NCBI GenBank assembly: GCA_046347635.1
Contig: JAXMFT010000005.1
Coordinates: 513-64,512, forward strand
DNA from: Burkholderiales bacterium
GTDB taxonomy: Bacteria > Pseudomonadota > Gammaproteobacteria > Burkholderiales > SG8-39
Reading direction: 5' to 3'
Length of the DNA stretch: 64,000 bases
The first letter of the stretch is position 1. Each line of letters starts with the position of its first letter. Of this stretch, positions 17,589 through 27,567 are shown one piece after another. A model generated the notes under the pieces. The model was not told where the DNA came from, did not search any database, and saw only the letters and a program-made list of their open reading frames with translations. Both the position numbers and the translations under genes were made by a program.

Positions 17589-18512
17589 TTACTGACGTTG
17601 CGCCCGCCCGCCGACCAGCCCGTCGATCGCCCCGATCGCCGCGTCGAGGTCGCCGTAGGTGAGGCGGTAGACGTCGCACCCCGCGACCAGCCGCCCGAGC
17701 GCGTCGAACGCGCGCCGGCCGAGCAGCCCGTAGTTGAACGAGTTGGCCGAGACCTTCGCGAAGGCGCGCGACTTCGCCATCGGTTCGAGCGCGAGCGGCT
17801 CGCCCGCGCCGAACTGCGGGAAGAGCACCAGCGCGGGCGCGGCGGGCTCGTGCCGGCGCGCGGTGCTCGCCGCCGGCGGGGCGAGGTGCGCGACGTCCCC
17901 CTTGCGCGTCTTCGGAAAAACCGGTCCGAGCGCGCTCCCGGGCGCGAACTTCCGGATCACGTCGATCGACGCGTCCTTGAGCGCGACCGGCTTGAGCAGC
18001 GGCAGCAGCATGGCGTCGTCGAGCCGCACCACGCCGAACTCGTCCGAGAGCAGCCGGTAGCCGCGCGCGCACAGCGCCGCGACCAGCGTGCTCTTGCCCG
18101 AGCCGGGCAGCGCCGGCAGCACGACCGCGACGCCGCGCCGCTCGACCACGCCCGCGTGCAGCAGCAGGTGCGTGTGCGCGCGCTGCGCGATGCACCAGTT
18201 CAGCCCCCACTCGAGCAGCGGCAGGTGGGTGTCGGCGGGAAACGGCTCGAACGGCAGCTCGCCGTCCACGAAGAAGTCGACCTGGGGGCGCACGAAGCGG
18301 CGCAGCCCGCGCGCGCGCACCAGGCCCGCGGTCACGTCGAAGAAGCCGTCGGCCTCCTCGACCGGAAACTCCGCGTACACGCGCCCGAGCGCCGCCTCGA
18401 GCCCGCGCACGTCCGAGCGCACGCGCGCGCGCACGAAGCCGAAGTCGAGCGCGAGGCCCGGGCCCGCCAGCCGCGCGCGGATCCCCGCGTCCCCGAGCTC
18501 GGCGACGCGCAT
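17589..18512 (-). CDS. HPr-kinase-related P-loop kinase (HprK-related kinase A type)
   Basis: ORF in track. LLLHAGVVERRGVAVVLPALPGSGKSTLVAALCARGYRLLSDEF is the HPr kinase C-terminal-domain-like P-loop. Located 4 nt downstream of the PqqD-like gene. Confidence 0.8.
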   Translation of the reverse strand: MRVAELGDAGIRARLAGPGLALDFGFVRARVRSDVRGLEAALGRVYAEFPVEEADGFFDVTAGLVRARGLRRFVRPQVDFFVDGELPFEPFPADTHLPLLEWGLNWCIAQRAHTHLLLHAGVVERRGVAVVLPALPGSGKSTLVAALCARGYRLLSDEFGVVRLDDAMLLPLLKPVALKDASIDVIRKFAPGSALGPVFPKTRKGDVAHLAPPAASTARRHEPAAPALVLFPQFGAGEPLALEPMAKSRAFAKVSANSFNYGLLGRRAFDALGRLVAGCDVYRLTYGDLDAAIGAIDGLVGGRAQRQ

Positions 18513-18516
18513 CGCC

Positions 18517-18786
18517 TCAGGCCCGCGCCGCGACCAGGCCGAGCGCCTCGAGCTGCCCGAGCAGCTCGGCCACCTGCCCGGCGAAGCCGTCGGGCACCTC
18601 GACCTCGCGCGCGACCGCGGCGACGATCTCCTCGACCGAGCCCGGCCCCGCGACGAGCGCGTCGAGCACGAGCGCGGCCGCAGCGTTCAGGAGATGCGTC
18701 TCCCAGCGCGCGGGGTTGAAGACGAGCGCCTCGTCGTCGAGGCGGAGGCACGCGGTGTCTGCGGGGGAAACGAGGTGCCAGCGCAT
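18517..18786 (-). CDS. PqqD-family peptide-binding (RRE-like) protein
   Basis: 89-codon ORF. LRLDDEALVFNPARWETHLLNAAAALVLDALVAGPGSVEEIVAAVA...AELLGQLEALGLV has the PqqD-like winged-helix pattern. Confidence 0.8.
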   Translation of the reverse strand: MRWHLVSPADTACLRLDDEALVFNPARWETHLLNAAAALVLDALVAGPGSVEEIVAAVAREVEVPDGFAGQVAELLGQLEALGLVAARA

Positions 18787-18832
18787 GGACTTCGATACCG
18801 GCGGCGCGCGGCGGGCCGCGGAGCGGGACGCG

Positions 18833-19330
18833 TCAGGCGCGTTGCTTCATCGCGATCAGGGAGGTGTAGCAGGAGGTCATGACCGGCGTGCCGCGCGGCT
18901 GCTTCGCCCAGCCGAAGTCCACCACGTTGCCGCGCGCGTCGATGAACGCGAGCGCCTGCATGCGCTCGCCCGTCTTCTGCTCGTAGCACGAGCCGCGCGT
19001 GTAGCGGGTGGGCCGCGCTTCCCCGTGGAACGGGCGGCGATCGTCCAGCCGCCAGTACGTGTGCTGGTCGAAGCCGAGGAAGTACTTCCCGTCGTAGAAC
19101 GGCTTGCCCTGCTCGGGCGCGAGCCGGCTGAGGTCGATGTCGATGCGCACCCACTCGTCCCGGCGCCCGGCGGGCGTGGCCCGGTCGGGCGGATCGGCGT
19201 GCGCGGCGGTCTCGGAGCGCCGGAGGCACGCGACCGCGCTGCCGTTCGCCGCCGCGGACGCCGGCCGCACCGTCATCACGAGCGGCGCGGCGAGGGATCC
19301 TTTGAGCAGGCGTCGGCGGTCGATCTTCAT
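18833..19330 (-). CDS. Tat-signal secreted protein of unknown function (~165 aa)
   Basis: Within ORF 18833..19429; ATG 19330..19328 gives MKIDRRRLLKGSLAAPLVMTVRPASA (twin-arginine motif RRRLLK, AxA cleavage site). Mature part has three Cys and no family I recognise. Confidence 0.65.
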   Translation of the reverse strand: MKIDRRRLLKGSLAAPLVMTVRPASAAANGSAVACLRRSETAAHADPPDRATPAGRRDEWVRIDIDLSRLAPEQGKPFYDGKYFLGFDQHTYWRLDDRRPFHGEARPTRYTRGSCYEQKTGERMQALAFIDARGNVVDFGWAKQPRGTPVMTSCYTSLIAMKQRA

Positions 19331-19480
19331 CTCGGGGTCATCCGGTGCACGAGGGGCGCTGGGGCGCACCGTCGCACCATAGCAACTCCACCGGATCCGT
19401 CCAAGGCAAAATTCTCGCCAGGTCGCCATAAGTGCTTGAGTTCACGCGCGGTCGACATCGCGGGCCGCCTCCGCCGCGGG

Positions 19481-19507
19481 CCGAGTGTCAAGCGGGCCGA
19501 CACTCGG
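19481..19507 (-). other. Perfect 9-bp stem / 9-nt loop hairpin in the vanZ to Tat-protein intergenic region
   Basis: ccgagtgtc-aagcgggcc-gacactcgg read directly; lies ~35 nt downstream of the vanZ stop on the minus strand; no U-tract follows. Confidence 0.4.
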
Positions 19508-19539
19508 GGGCGTTTCCGGCCGCCAATCGTCAAATTTCA

Positions 19540-20697
19540 TTACACGATGGCCGGCGGCGGGCGCGCCTCGTCGCGGCCGATGCGGACGAGCACGACCGCG
19601 AGCGCGATCACGAGCAGCGGCATGGTGACGTCCGGCGTGCGGCCCACGATCCAGCGCTGCGCCCACTCGACCAGCCCGACCCAGAGCGCGAGCGCGGCCG
19701 CGGCGCCGGCCACCCGCCCGCCCACGCGCTCGACGAGCCACAGCATCGTGCCCAGGGCGAAGAGCTGCGCGAGCAGGCTGCGCACGTTGGCCATCATCGA
19801 GCCCTGGAGCAGCGCCTGGAACGGGATCCAGGCGAACGGGGCGGGCGCGCTCCGCAGCTCGAACGGCACGAGCGCGCGCACCGTGTACGCGGCCAGCATC
19901 GCGCCGAGCGCGGCGAGCAGCACGGGCCGCCCGAGCCGCGCGCCCCACCCCGCCCACAGGGCGACGCCGGCGACCGCGCCCAGCGCGAACGACGGCGAGA
20001 GGGGCGAGGCGTACAGCACCAGCTTGCCGGCGAGCACGCCGAACACGAGCAGCGCGAGCCGCGCGCCGACGCGCGGCGTGGGCGAGCACGCCGCGAGGAG
20101 GAGGCCCAGGGCGAGCACGCTCGCGAGGTGGTAGGCGAAGCTCGCGAGGCTGAAGTCCGCCGCGCGCAGCAGCCCCTTGAGCGCCTGCTTGAGCGCGAAC
20201 CAGTCGAGCGCCGGCACGAACGGCCACAGCTCCGCCGCGGTCCAGGCGGCGATCAGCAGGACGGCGAAGCGCGAGCGCGCCCAGGCCGCGCGCGGCAGGA
20301 GGGCGACGTGCCGCTCGACCGCGACGCCCGCGACGATGCCGGCGAGCGTCCCGAGCGCGTTCCAGAACACGTCCGACAGGGCCGGATCGCGCACCGGCTC
20401 GAACACCTGGAGCACCTGCACCGCGAAGGAGAAGGCGGTGGCCGCGACGAGGAGGAGCGCGCCGCGCAGGACCGTCATGCGCGCGCGCCCGACGCAGAGC
20501 ACCCCGGACACGCCGAGCGGCACGAAGAGGAGGATGTTCCCGGCCACGTCGCCGAGCCCCGTCCACAGCCGGCGCTGGGCGAGCAGCTCGCTCCAGAACG
20601 CGCCGAACGACGCGGGCAGCGCGAACCCGAACGGGAAGAGCGACCCGTACGCGATCAGCGCGGCGACGATCAGCAGCCAGCGGCAGGGCCGGTTCAC
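19540..20697 (-). CDS. VanZ-family integral membrane protein
   Basis: 385-codon ORF, GTG start. GDVAGNILLFVPLGVSG VanZ-like motif and ~10 hydrophobic segments. Confidence 0.8.
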   Translation of the reverse strand: MNRPCRWLLIVAALIAYGSLFPFGFALPASFGAFWSELLAQRRLWTGLGDVAGNILLFVPLGVSGVLCVGRARMTVLRGALLLVAATAFSFAVQVLQVFEPVRDPALSDVFWNALGTLAGIVAGVAVERHVALLPRAAWARSRFAVLLIAAWTAAELWPFVPALDWFALKQALKGLLRAADFSLASFAYHLASVLALGLLLAACSPTPRVGARLALLVFGVLAGKLVLYASPLSPSFALGAVAGVALWAGWGARLGRPVLLAALGAMLAAYTVRALVPFELRSAPAPFAWIPFQALLQGSMMANVRSLLAQLFALGTMLWLVERVGGRVAGAAAALALWVGLVEWAQRWIVGRTPDVTMPLLVIALAVVLVRIGRDEARPPPAIV

Positions 20698-20736
20698 CGC
20701 GCGAACGATACGCGAACCGGGTGCGGCGCCGGCCGG

Positions 20737-22030
20737 CTACCGGCAGGGCCGGCGCGGCCCCTGCGCCGCCTGCGGCTCGCAGGCGCCGGCGGTGCGGCCG
20801 GGCGCGCCGCTGCCCGAGGAAGTCGAGGCGCTGTCGGGAAAGCGCCGCACCCAGTCGGGCAGCGCGCCGCCCACCGCCAGCGCGCCGGGGCGCGGGGCGG
20901 AGTCGCGCTGCGCTGGGTCGCCGGCGCTCGCGCGCAGCGCGCGGCGCCTGGTCGAGCGCAGCGGTGTAGTTGTCCGGGCCGGTTTCGCCGCGCAGCGGCT
21001 CGGCCGCGAAGATCGCGTTGCGGCCGACGTAGCGCGGGTGGCCCGGCTCGGCCTTCAGGACCGCGATGCCCACGCCGCCGGCGAGCACCGTGTTGTGGAA
21101 GATCGCCAGCGCGCGCGGGAGGTGCTTGTGCGGCTGGATGCGCACCGCGTCGCCGGCCGGGTTGAGGAAGAGGTTGTCGTAGAGCGCGATGTTGCCCTCG
21201 CCCTGGAACAGCGCCTCGCCGGTGGGGTTGTCCTGGAACACGTTGCCGTAGACGACGTAGAAATCGTCCGCCCCGCGCCCCGCGAGCGGGAAGTGGCCGA
21301 CGAGCACGTTGGGGCGCGCGTGCTCGCCGGTCGCGCCGCCCGCGGACTTGACGAAGCGGTTGCCGCGGATGACGGTGAAGGCCGGCGCGTCGGGCGCGCC
21401 GTCCGACTCGGGGCGGCGGTTCTGGTGCTTGATCTGCAGCGCGTAGCCGCGCGGGTCGACGACGACGTTGCCCTCGATCACGCCGGCGAAGAACGGCGCG
21501 CCGCCGTCCGAGTCGCCGAGGTAGATCCCGGTGCCCGCGCCCTCGATCCGGTTGCCGCGGATCGTCCAACCCCACGCCGGGCACTTGGTGGAGATGCCGA
21601 CGGTCTGCTGGTCGTCGCCGTGGCCGACGATGCGCAGGTTCTCGAGCGTGACGTGGTGCGCGAAACGGGCGTGGCCCTCGGCCTTCACCGCGTCCACCGC
21701 GAGGCCGCGGCCGTCGAGGACGAGGTTGCGGATCGTGACGTGCGCGGCGTCGAGGAGGCTGACGGTGTTGGCGCCGCGGCGGGCGACGAAGGTGGCGGGC
21801 GCACCGCGCGCGGGACCCTCGATGACGATCGGGGCGGCGGGCGTCCCCTGCAGGCCGTGGACGCGCAGGCCGCGCGCGTAGGTCCCCGGCGCGAGGACGA
21901 GGGTGTCGCCGGGCTGGAGCGCGCGCAGCTGCTCGTCGTAGTCGGCGGGCGTCGCGTGGCGCGTGCGCGCGGCAAGCGGGGCGGCGAGCGCGAGGAGGAC
22001 GGCGAGACACGCGAGCGGAAACGCGCGCAT
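20737..22030 (-). CDS. Secreted right-handed beta-helix (pectate-lyase-fold) protein; one apparent frameshift near 20935
   Basis: ATG 22030..22028 within ORF 19442..22081. Signal peptide MRAFPLACLAVLLALAAPLAA, then repeated V.I.GN / I.GN. rungs (VTIRNLVLDG, WTIRGNRIEG, GVIEGNVVVD, TVIRGNRFVK). After ...PDNYTAALDQA the frame turns Arg-rich and reads through vanZ. A second frame with G/C-rich third positions reads AGDPAQRDSAPRPGALAVGGALPDWVRRFPDSA...PRRPCR* and stops at TAG 20739..20737. Confidence 0.7.
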
Positions 22031-22035
22031 GGGGC

Positions 22036-23121
22036 TCAGGCGAGCACGCGCTCGAAGACCGCCGCCGTCTTGCGCGCGCACTCCTCCCAGCTCAGCTCGC
22101 GGGCGCGCTCGAGGCCGCGCGCGCTGAGCCGCGCGCGGCGGTTCGCGTCGCCGAGCACGGCGGCCAGCGCCTCGCCCGCGGCCTGCTCGTCGCGCGGGTC
22201 GACGAGGACTCCGGCGTCGCCCACGACCTCGGGGATCGAGGTGAGGTTCGACGCGACCACCGCGACGCCGCTCGCCATCGCCTCGACCACCGGCATGCCG
22301 AAGCCTTCGTAGAGCGAGGGGTAGAAGAGCACCGCCGCCTCGCCGTAGCGCCGCTGCAGGTCCGCGTCGCTGACGTAGCCCTCGAAGCGCACCGCGTCGG
22401 CGACGCCGAGGCGCGCGGCGAGGGCCTCGAACTCGGCGCGCTTCTTCGCGCCCGAGAGGCCGACGAGGGCGAGGCGCGCCGCGGGGACGCGCTTGCGCGC
22501 GTGGGCGAAGCCGGCCAGGACGCCGGCGGTGTTCTTGCGCGGGGCGTCGCCGCCGAAGGCGAGGACGAGCGCGTCGTCGCGCGCGCCGGCGGGGGCGGCG
22601 GGGTCCGCGCCCCAGTGGATCACGTCGATGCGGTCGGGCCGGACGCCGAGACGGGCGACGAGGTCGCGGCGGGTGCTCTCGGACACGGCGATGATGGCGT
22701 CGGCGCGGCGCAGCGCGCTGCCGAGGCTCTGCTCGAAGCGCAGCGCGTACGCCTGCGACTGGCCGTCGTCGAACATGAGCGGGATGATGTCGTGCACGGT
22801 GACGACGAAGGGGCGGCCGACGAGCGGGGGCGCGCTGCTGCTCGAGCAGTGCAGGAGGTCGACGCGGTCGCGCGCGGCCATGAGCGGGAGCGCGATGCGC
22901 TCCCAGGTGTTCCAGCGGAAGCCGGGCAGCTCGCAGGTGCGCACGGTGAACGCGGGCGGCGGGGTCGCGGGGGCGGTTTCGCCGTACGCGTGCACGCGCC
23001 AGGCGGGGCGCAGGCGCGCGAGCGTCTGGTAGAGGCGCAGCAGCGTCTTGCCCTCGCCGCGGGCTTCCTTCTGGAGCAGGCTGCGGGCGTCTACGCCGAT
23101 CCGCATGGGGCGCTCAGGCAT
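22036..23121 (-). CDS. GT4-family glycosyltransferase
   Basis: 361-codon ORF. MRIGVDARSL..., FYPSLYEGFGMPVVEAMASGVAVVASNLTSIPEVVGDAGVLVDP (E-x7-E region). Start 23121 or 23106. Confidence 0.85.
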   Translation of the reverse strand: MPERPMRIGVDARSLLQKEARGEGKTLLRLYQTLARLRPAWRVHAYGETAPATPPPAFTVRTCELPGFRWNTWERIALPLMAARDRVDLLHCSSSSAPPLVGRPFVVTVHDIIPLMFDDGQSQAYALRFEQSLGSALRRADAIIAVSESTRRDLVARLGVRPDRIDVIHWGADPAAPAGARDDALVLAFGGDAPRKNTAGVLAGFAHARKRVPAARLALVGLSGAKKRAEFEALAARLGVADAVRFEGYVSDADLQRRYGEAAVLFYPSLYEGFGMPVVEAMASGVAVVASNLTSIPEVVGDAGVLVDPRDEQAAGEALAAVLGDANRRARLSARGLERARELSWEECARKTAAVFERVLA

Positions 23122-24652
23122 TGCGGCGGGCGCGGAGGAGCTCGAGGACCTTCGTGCGGCCTTCCCAGCCGAGGAGGATCGGCGCGGCGACCACCGCGTA
23201 GAGGGCCGTGGCCGCGGCGACGGCGACGAAGAAGGTCGGCCAGGTGCGCGCGCCGAACAGCTCCTCGAGGTAGAGGAAGGCGGGCACGATCAGAATCGCG
23301 ACCGCGCCGACGCGGGCGGCCGTCTTCGCGAGGTAGGCCGGGTAGCTCAAGTCGATCGCGCGCGCGGCGGCGAGCGGGTACGCGATCCCGCGGGCGACGA
23401 CCATCGGGAGCGCGGTGCCGAGCGCGAGGCCCGGGAGGCCCATTGCGAGCGGGCCGGCGAAGAGGACCGCGAGGAGCACCATGGCGATCGCTTCGGCCAC
23501 CGACACCTGCAGGTTGATCTTCAGGCGGCCGAGGCTGAAGAGCGTGAGCGTCGCGGTGCTGCCGGCGAGCATGAGGAGATCGCCGGCCGCGAGGATGCGC
23601 GCCACCAGGCCGGCCTCGGCGAAGTCGGGGCCGACCCAGAGTCCGATGAACGCGGGGCCGAAGGCGATCACGCCGAGGTAGAGCAGGCCGCCGACGAGGA
23701 ACACCAGCCGGGAATACCACAGGAAGACGTTCTTCAGCCCGGCCCGGTCCTCGACGCCGCCGAGCTTCATCACGGAGGGGTAGATGACGGTGCCGAGCTG
23801 CTCGAGGATGCGCTGGCAGGTCTGCACGAGCTGCAGCGCGATGCTGTAGATGCCGACCGCCGCCGGACCGATGAAGGCCATCGCGATGATTGGGCCCGAC
23901 TGGACGGCGATCGTGCTCGCGGTGCGGCTCGTAAATGCGACCGTCCCGAAGCGCCACATCTCGGCGAACCGCTCGCGCGAGACCCAGCGGCGCGCGAACC
24001 CGCTGCCGGGGAAGCACTTGCCCGCGAGGGCGACGTTGAGGACGTTGGTCACGAAGAGCGTCCCGACCATCACCCAGACCAGGCCGACGAGTCCCCCGCC
24101 CAGTTCGAGGACTAGGACCGTGAACCCCGCCCGGAGCGCGAGGCCAAGAAGCCCCACCGCGTTGGCGAGGTCGAAGCGGTCGAACGCAAGCACGAGGCTG
24201 CGGTACACCGCGCCCCAGAAAGCGAGCAGCAGGCCGAGCGTGAGGATCGGCAGCGCCGTACGGATGTCGTCGACCAGGTCGGCGGGCGTGCGCGGAAACA
24301 GCGTTCCGAACTGGAAGCCGACGACCACGGCGACGACGAGCGCGAGCAGCGCGCCACCGGTCAGGAAGGCGAGCGACGTGCTGATCACCTCGCGCACGCG
24401 ATCGGGCGCCTCGCGCGCGAGATAGAGGTTGATGAACCGGCCCACGCTGCCCCGGATGCCGAGGTCGATCAGCCCCATGTACCCCAACAGGCTGTTGAGC
24501 AGGCTCCAGACGCCGTAGGTCGGGAGTCCCAGCCCCTTGACGATGAACGGCGTGAGGAAGAACGCGACCAGGACTTCGGCCACCAGCACCGACCAGTTCG
24601 CGAGCACGTTCCGGGCGAGCACGCCCTTGCCGGCGATGAGGCGCTTCGCCAT
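23114..24652 (-). CDS. Wzx-like oligosaccharide/polysaccharide flippase (MOP superfamily)
   Basis: 512-codon ORF with ~12-14 hydrophobic helices and an N-terminal KRLIAGKGVLARNVLANWSVLVAEVLVAFFLTPFIVKGLG pattern. Confidence 0.85.
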   Translation of the reverse strand: MAKRLIAGKGVLARNVLANWSVLVAEVLVAFFLTPFIVKGLGLPTYGVWSLLNSLLGYMGLIDLGIRGSVGRFINLYLAREAPDRVREVISTSLAFLTGGALLALVVAVVVGFQFGTLFPRTPADLVDDIRTALPILTLGLLLAFWGAVYRSLVLAFDRFDLANAVGLLGLALRAGFTVLVLELGGGLVGLVWVMVGTLFVTNVLNVALAGKCFPGSGFARRWVSRERFAEMWRFGTVAFTSRTASTIAVQSGPIIAMAFIGPAAVGIYSIALQLVQTCQRILEQLGTVIYPSVMKLGGVEDRAGLKNVFLWYSRLVFLVGGLLYLGVIAFGPAFIGLWVGPDFAEAGLVARILAAGDLLMLAGSTATLTLFSLGRLKINLQVSVAEAIAMVLLAVLFAGPLAMGLPGLALGTALPMVVARGIAYPLAAARAIDLSYPAYLAKTAARVGAVAILIVPAFLYLEELFGARTWPTFFVAVAAATALYAVVAAPILLGWEGRTKVLELLRARRNA

Positions 24653-24856
24653 CAGGAGCGCGGGTGGGGCGCGTTAGGTGAACGCCGCTGAGACATGGAT
24701 AGCAACCGTAGCGGATCGGGCGCCGGGCAGGATGCCACACGGGGCTCGCGCCGGCCTGAAGCAAGCCGTTGAGAGTACGCGACCGGATGGGCGTCGCGCG
24801 AGGAAGCTCGCACGTTCTCTGACAGATTGTAAAGATCGGCGCGGAGCCGAGCGATT

Positions 24857-25696
24857 ATGATTCGGGGCCCCACGAAAGCGTTCCCTCGTCGCAACGCCCG
24901 GATGACCGCCGAGCCCCCCAAGGCCCCCGCACGACCGAAGCTGGAGTGGGACCCCGTGTCCCACTACCAGGACATCGAAATCGCGGAGCGCTACGACCGC
25001 GTGCGTTTCAGCGGGCTGTCGGGCCGCGTGTTCGATGCGCTGGAGAAGTACAACGTGCGGCGCGCTTTCGCGCGCATTCCCACGAATGCCGAGGTGCTCG
25101 ACGTCCCGTGCGGGACCGGGCGATTGGCCGAGACTCTGCTCGAACAGGGCTATCGTGTGCACGGGGCGGACATTTCGGGAGCGATGCTCGAGGTCGCGAA
25201 GCGGAAGCTCGCGCGGTTCGGTGAGCGGTTTTCAACGGTGGTCGCGGACGTCCACGACCTGGCGCGCAAACGGCCGAAGAGCTTCGATCGCGCGCTGTGC
25301 GCGCGGGTGCTGATGCACTTTCCGCTGGACGAGCAGATCCGGTTCCTGGCGCCGTCGGGCGACTGAGTCGCGGCCCGGTGGTGTTTACCCAGTCGCTCGA
25401 TACGCCGCATCAGCGGTTCCGGCGCCGGGCGAAGCAGCCGTTCAGTCCGTGGAAGCCCTGCGGGCCATCCGGTGAGCGAGCGCGAACTGGTCGAACTGGT
25501 CGAGGCCGCCGGGCTGAAGGTTGTCAGACGGCCGCGGCCAATGCCGCTGGTGACCGAAGAGATCATCGTCGTTTCGCACCCGCACAAGCAGCAGCAGTTC
25601 GGCTGTCAGGCTTCGCCAGCCTCGCCGCGCGGTGTCCACCAGGTTCATCAGTATCGTTCTTGGGTGCAAGCCGGACGGCAGCTGCTCACCTTGTAA
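24857..25696 (+). pseudogene. Class I SAM-dependent methyltransferase, frame-broken (about 3 switches)
   Basis: VLDVPCGTGRLAETLLEQGYRVHGADISGAML (motif I) in ORF 24857..25366, which ends at TGA 25364..25366. Continuation GRLSRGPVVFTQS is in a second frame, SVEALRAIR in the third, and SERELVELVEAAGLKVVRR back in the first. True 3' end uncertain. Confidence 0.6.
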
Positions 25697-26990
25697 AGGT
25701 AGCGTACAGCTCGGCGTACTGCGCCTGAACTCGTGCGAGAGTGTGGTCGCGATAGAACCAACTCACGAGCCTCGGCACCACATTGCCGAAGCGCTCGGCG
25801 ATCCGCACAAAGCGCCCCTATTGCATCGGCAAGATCTTCCACATTATCGGGCGCCACGTACCGCCCGTGAACGCCATCCTCGAAAGCCCAGCCATACCGT
25901 CGCGCGAGGCGACTACCGGTGCGCCCAGGCTCATGGCCTCAACTACCACGCGGCCGAACGCCTGTACCAAGGGATGGAACAACCGCAACGTCCGCGCTAC
26001 CGACGACATCGCCGGGGGTTTCCGCAGGAACCCGAGGAACCGCACGCGATCGGCCAGTCCCAGTTCTCTCGTCAAAGCTTCGAGTTCCGATCGCTGGGGT
26101 CCATCCCCGACTATTGCAAGTTGAAGCATTTTCGGCAGGCGCGCGAGCGAGCGGATAAGTACGTGCACTCCCTTCTCGCGCGAAAGCCGCCCGGCGACGA
26201 TCAACAGGTCGCCGTCGGAGATGTTCAGCGATGCTCGCGACGATCGTCGCTGCTCTTCGGTCGGTAGGTTCTCTGGCGCCGCGATTCCGCGAGTAGATGA
26301 CACGAATCTTCTCCGGCGGGAAACAGAAGTCTGCGGCGAGACGTCGAAGTCATTCGCATTGATCGAAACCGTAACGTCAAGCATTCTTGCCCACACGCGC
26401 CCAACAATCGCCTCGGGCAGGTGCCAGAGTCTCAGCCCCGGAATGACGCCCAGGTAACGCTTGCGGGGAACGAGCTCGTGGATCGGGCATCGCGCGCATG
26501 GAGCCGATTAGCTTTGCAGCGCTCATCAACCGCGCCACGACGGGAACAATCCACATTCGCTCGCGCCAGGAAATATTGAAGTGGACAACTCGAGCGGATA
26601 CCGCCGAAACACGCGAATAGCTTCCCTCAGGTTTCGAAGAATGCTCTTCTGAGGTGACCAGACCACCCACTCGACCCGGAATCTTCGTGCAGCGGCGATG
26701 TCCGGGAACGCGTTTCACGTAGCGGCCTCGTCTGCGAGAACGATTACGCGCGATCCGCTGTTGCGCATCGCTCCTGCCAGGTCAAGAAGCGAACGTTCGG
26801 CTCCCCGAAGGCCGCGGCCCCGAGAGGGAGGTATGCGAGGTCGAAGTCGAACCGTGACACGGAGGTGGGCTTGCGGGCTGCGCGCCGGAGAGTCGGCGAA
26901 CCGCCGATCAGAAACCGCGATGCAGACTGCTACATGTAGAACCGGACGTGTGAATATCGACCGCAACAAAGTACGGCCGGAACGTTCCTG
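25686..26990 (-). pseudogene. GT4 glycosyltransferase A, frame-broken (at least 4 switches)
   Basis: DLLIVAGRLSREKGVHVLIRSLARLPKMLQLAIVGDGPQRSELEALTRELGLADRVRFLGF. Then EAMSLGAPVVASRDGMAG | AFEDGVHGRYVAPDNVEDLADAIGALCADRRALRQCGAEARELV | FYRDHTLARVQAQYAELYATFTR* in three different frames. N-terminal LLDLAGAMRNSGSRVIVLADEA is in ORF 26715..26969. Confidence 0.6.
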
Positions 26991-26994
26991 GGTT

Positions 26995-27567
26995 TCAAGG
27001 ACCGGACATGAACGTCAATGCCGCGCGCCGCGAGTTCGTGACGCACGAATCCCAGGTCTCGCGTTCGCCCGGGCGAACACAATCGTCGAATACCAGAATG
27101 AAATCCTCTGCGGTTGGCGGAAATCGTCTCCCAGCAGCCAAGCCGGGAAAGTGCTCGACGCCGCTCGGCCCATCCACGAGCATCAGGTCGAAATCCACGG
27201 GTTCGACCGCGTCATACCACGAGCACGATTTTCCCTCGATCGTGCGAGCGCGGCATGCTCGCAGCCGGTAGTCGCACGAGGCGAGTCGTGCACGCACAGC
27301 CTCATGCCAGTCGGGTTGTCCTCGTAGCACACGTGATAGTGCCTGGTTTTGAGCGGCCGATCAATCGCGGCTTTCGCCGGACCCAAACTCGACGATCGAT
27401 CCGATCTCGTTCTCCCGCAGGATCCTGATCAGCAGGTAGAGCAGGCCGTAACTCGCGGCGGCCCCTACGGGGTAGAAGTCGTTCTTGACGCCATTGACGG
27501 CCAGGTCGCGGTCTACGAGACTGAAACAGGAGTTCTCGTTGCTGTCGGAGTACTGGATTGACGGCAT
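26995..27567 (-). pseudogene. Small class I methyltransferase-like protein, frame-broken (2 switches)
   Basis: ASYGLLYLLIRILRENEIGSIVEFGSGES (then TGA 27363..27361) | AIDRPLKTRHYHVCYEDNP (other frame) | DWHEAVRARLAS...VDFDLMLVDGPSG (first frame again, ORF 26995..27330). Confidence 0.5.

Noticed and set aside
19327-19458. 43-codon ORF (MSTARELKHLWRPGENFALDGSGGVAMVRRCAPAPLVHRMTPR), ATGA-coupled to the Tat-protein gene; considered as a possible precursor peptide for the PqqD/kinase module
   Set aside because: Its third codon positions are a mixture of A/T and G/C (genuine genes here are almost all G/C at position 3). There is no RiPP-like leader/core pattern and it lies in an AT-richer intergenic patch. 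Probably non-coding, though worth a Ribo-seq look.
19442-22081. 879-codon ORF apparently spanning the beta-helix gene and vanZ
   Set aside because: Only the first ~365 codons look like protein. After ~20935 it turns into Arg-rich nonsense overlapping the clearly genuine vanZ frame. I interpret it as read-through after a frame switch.
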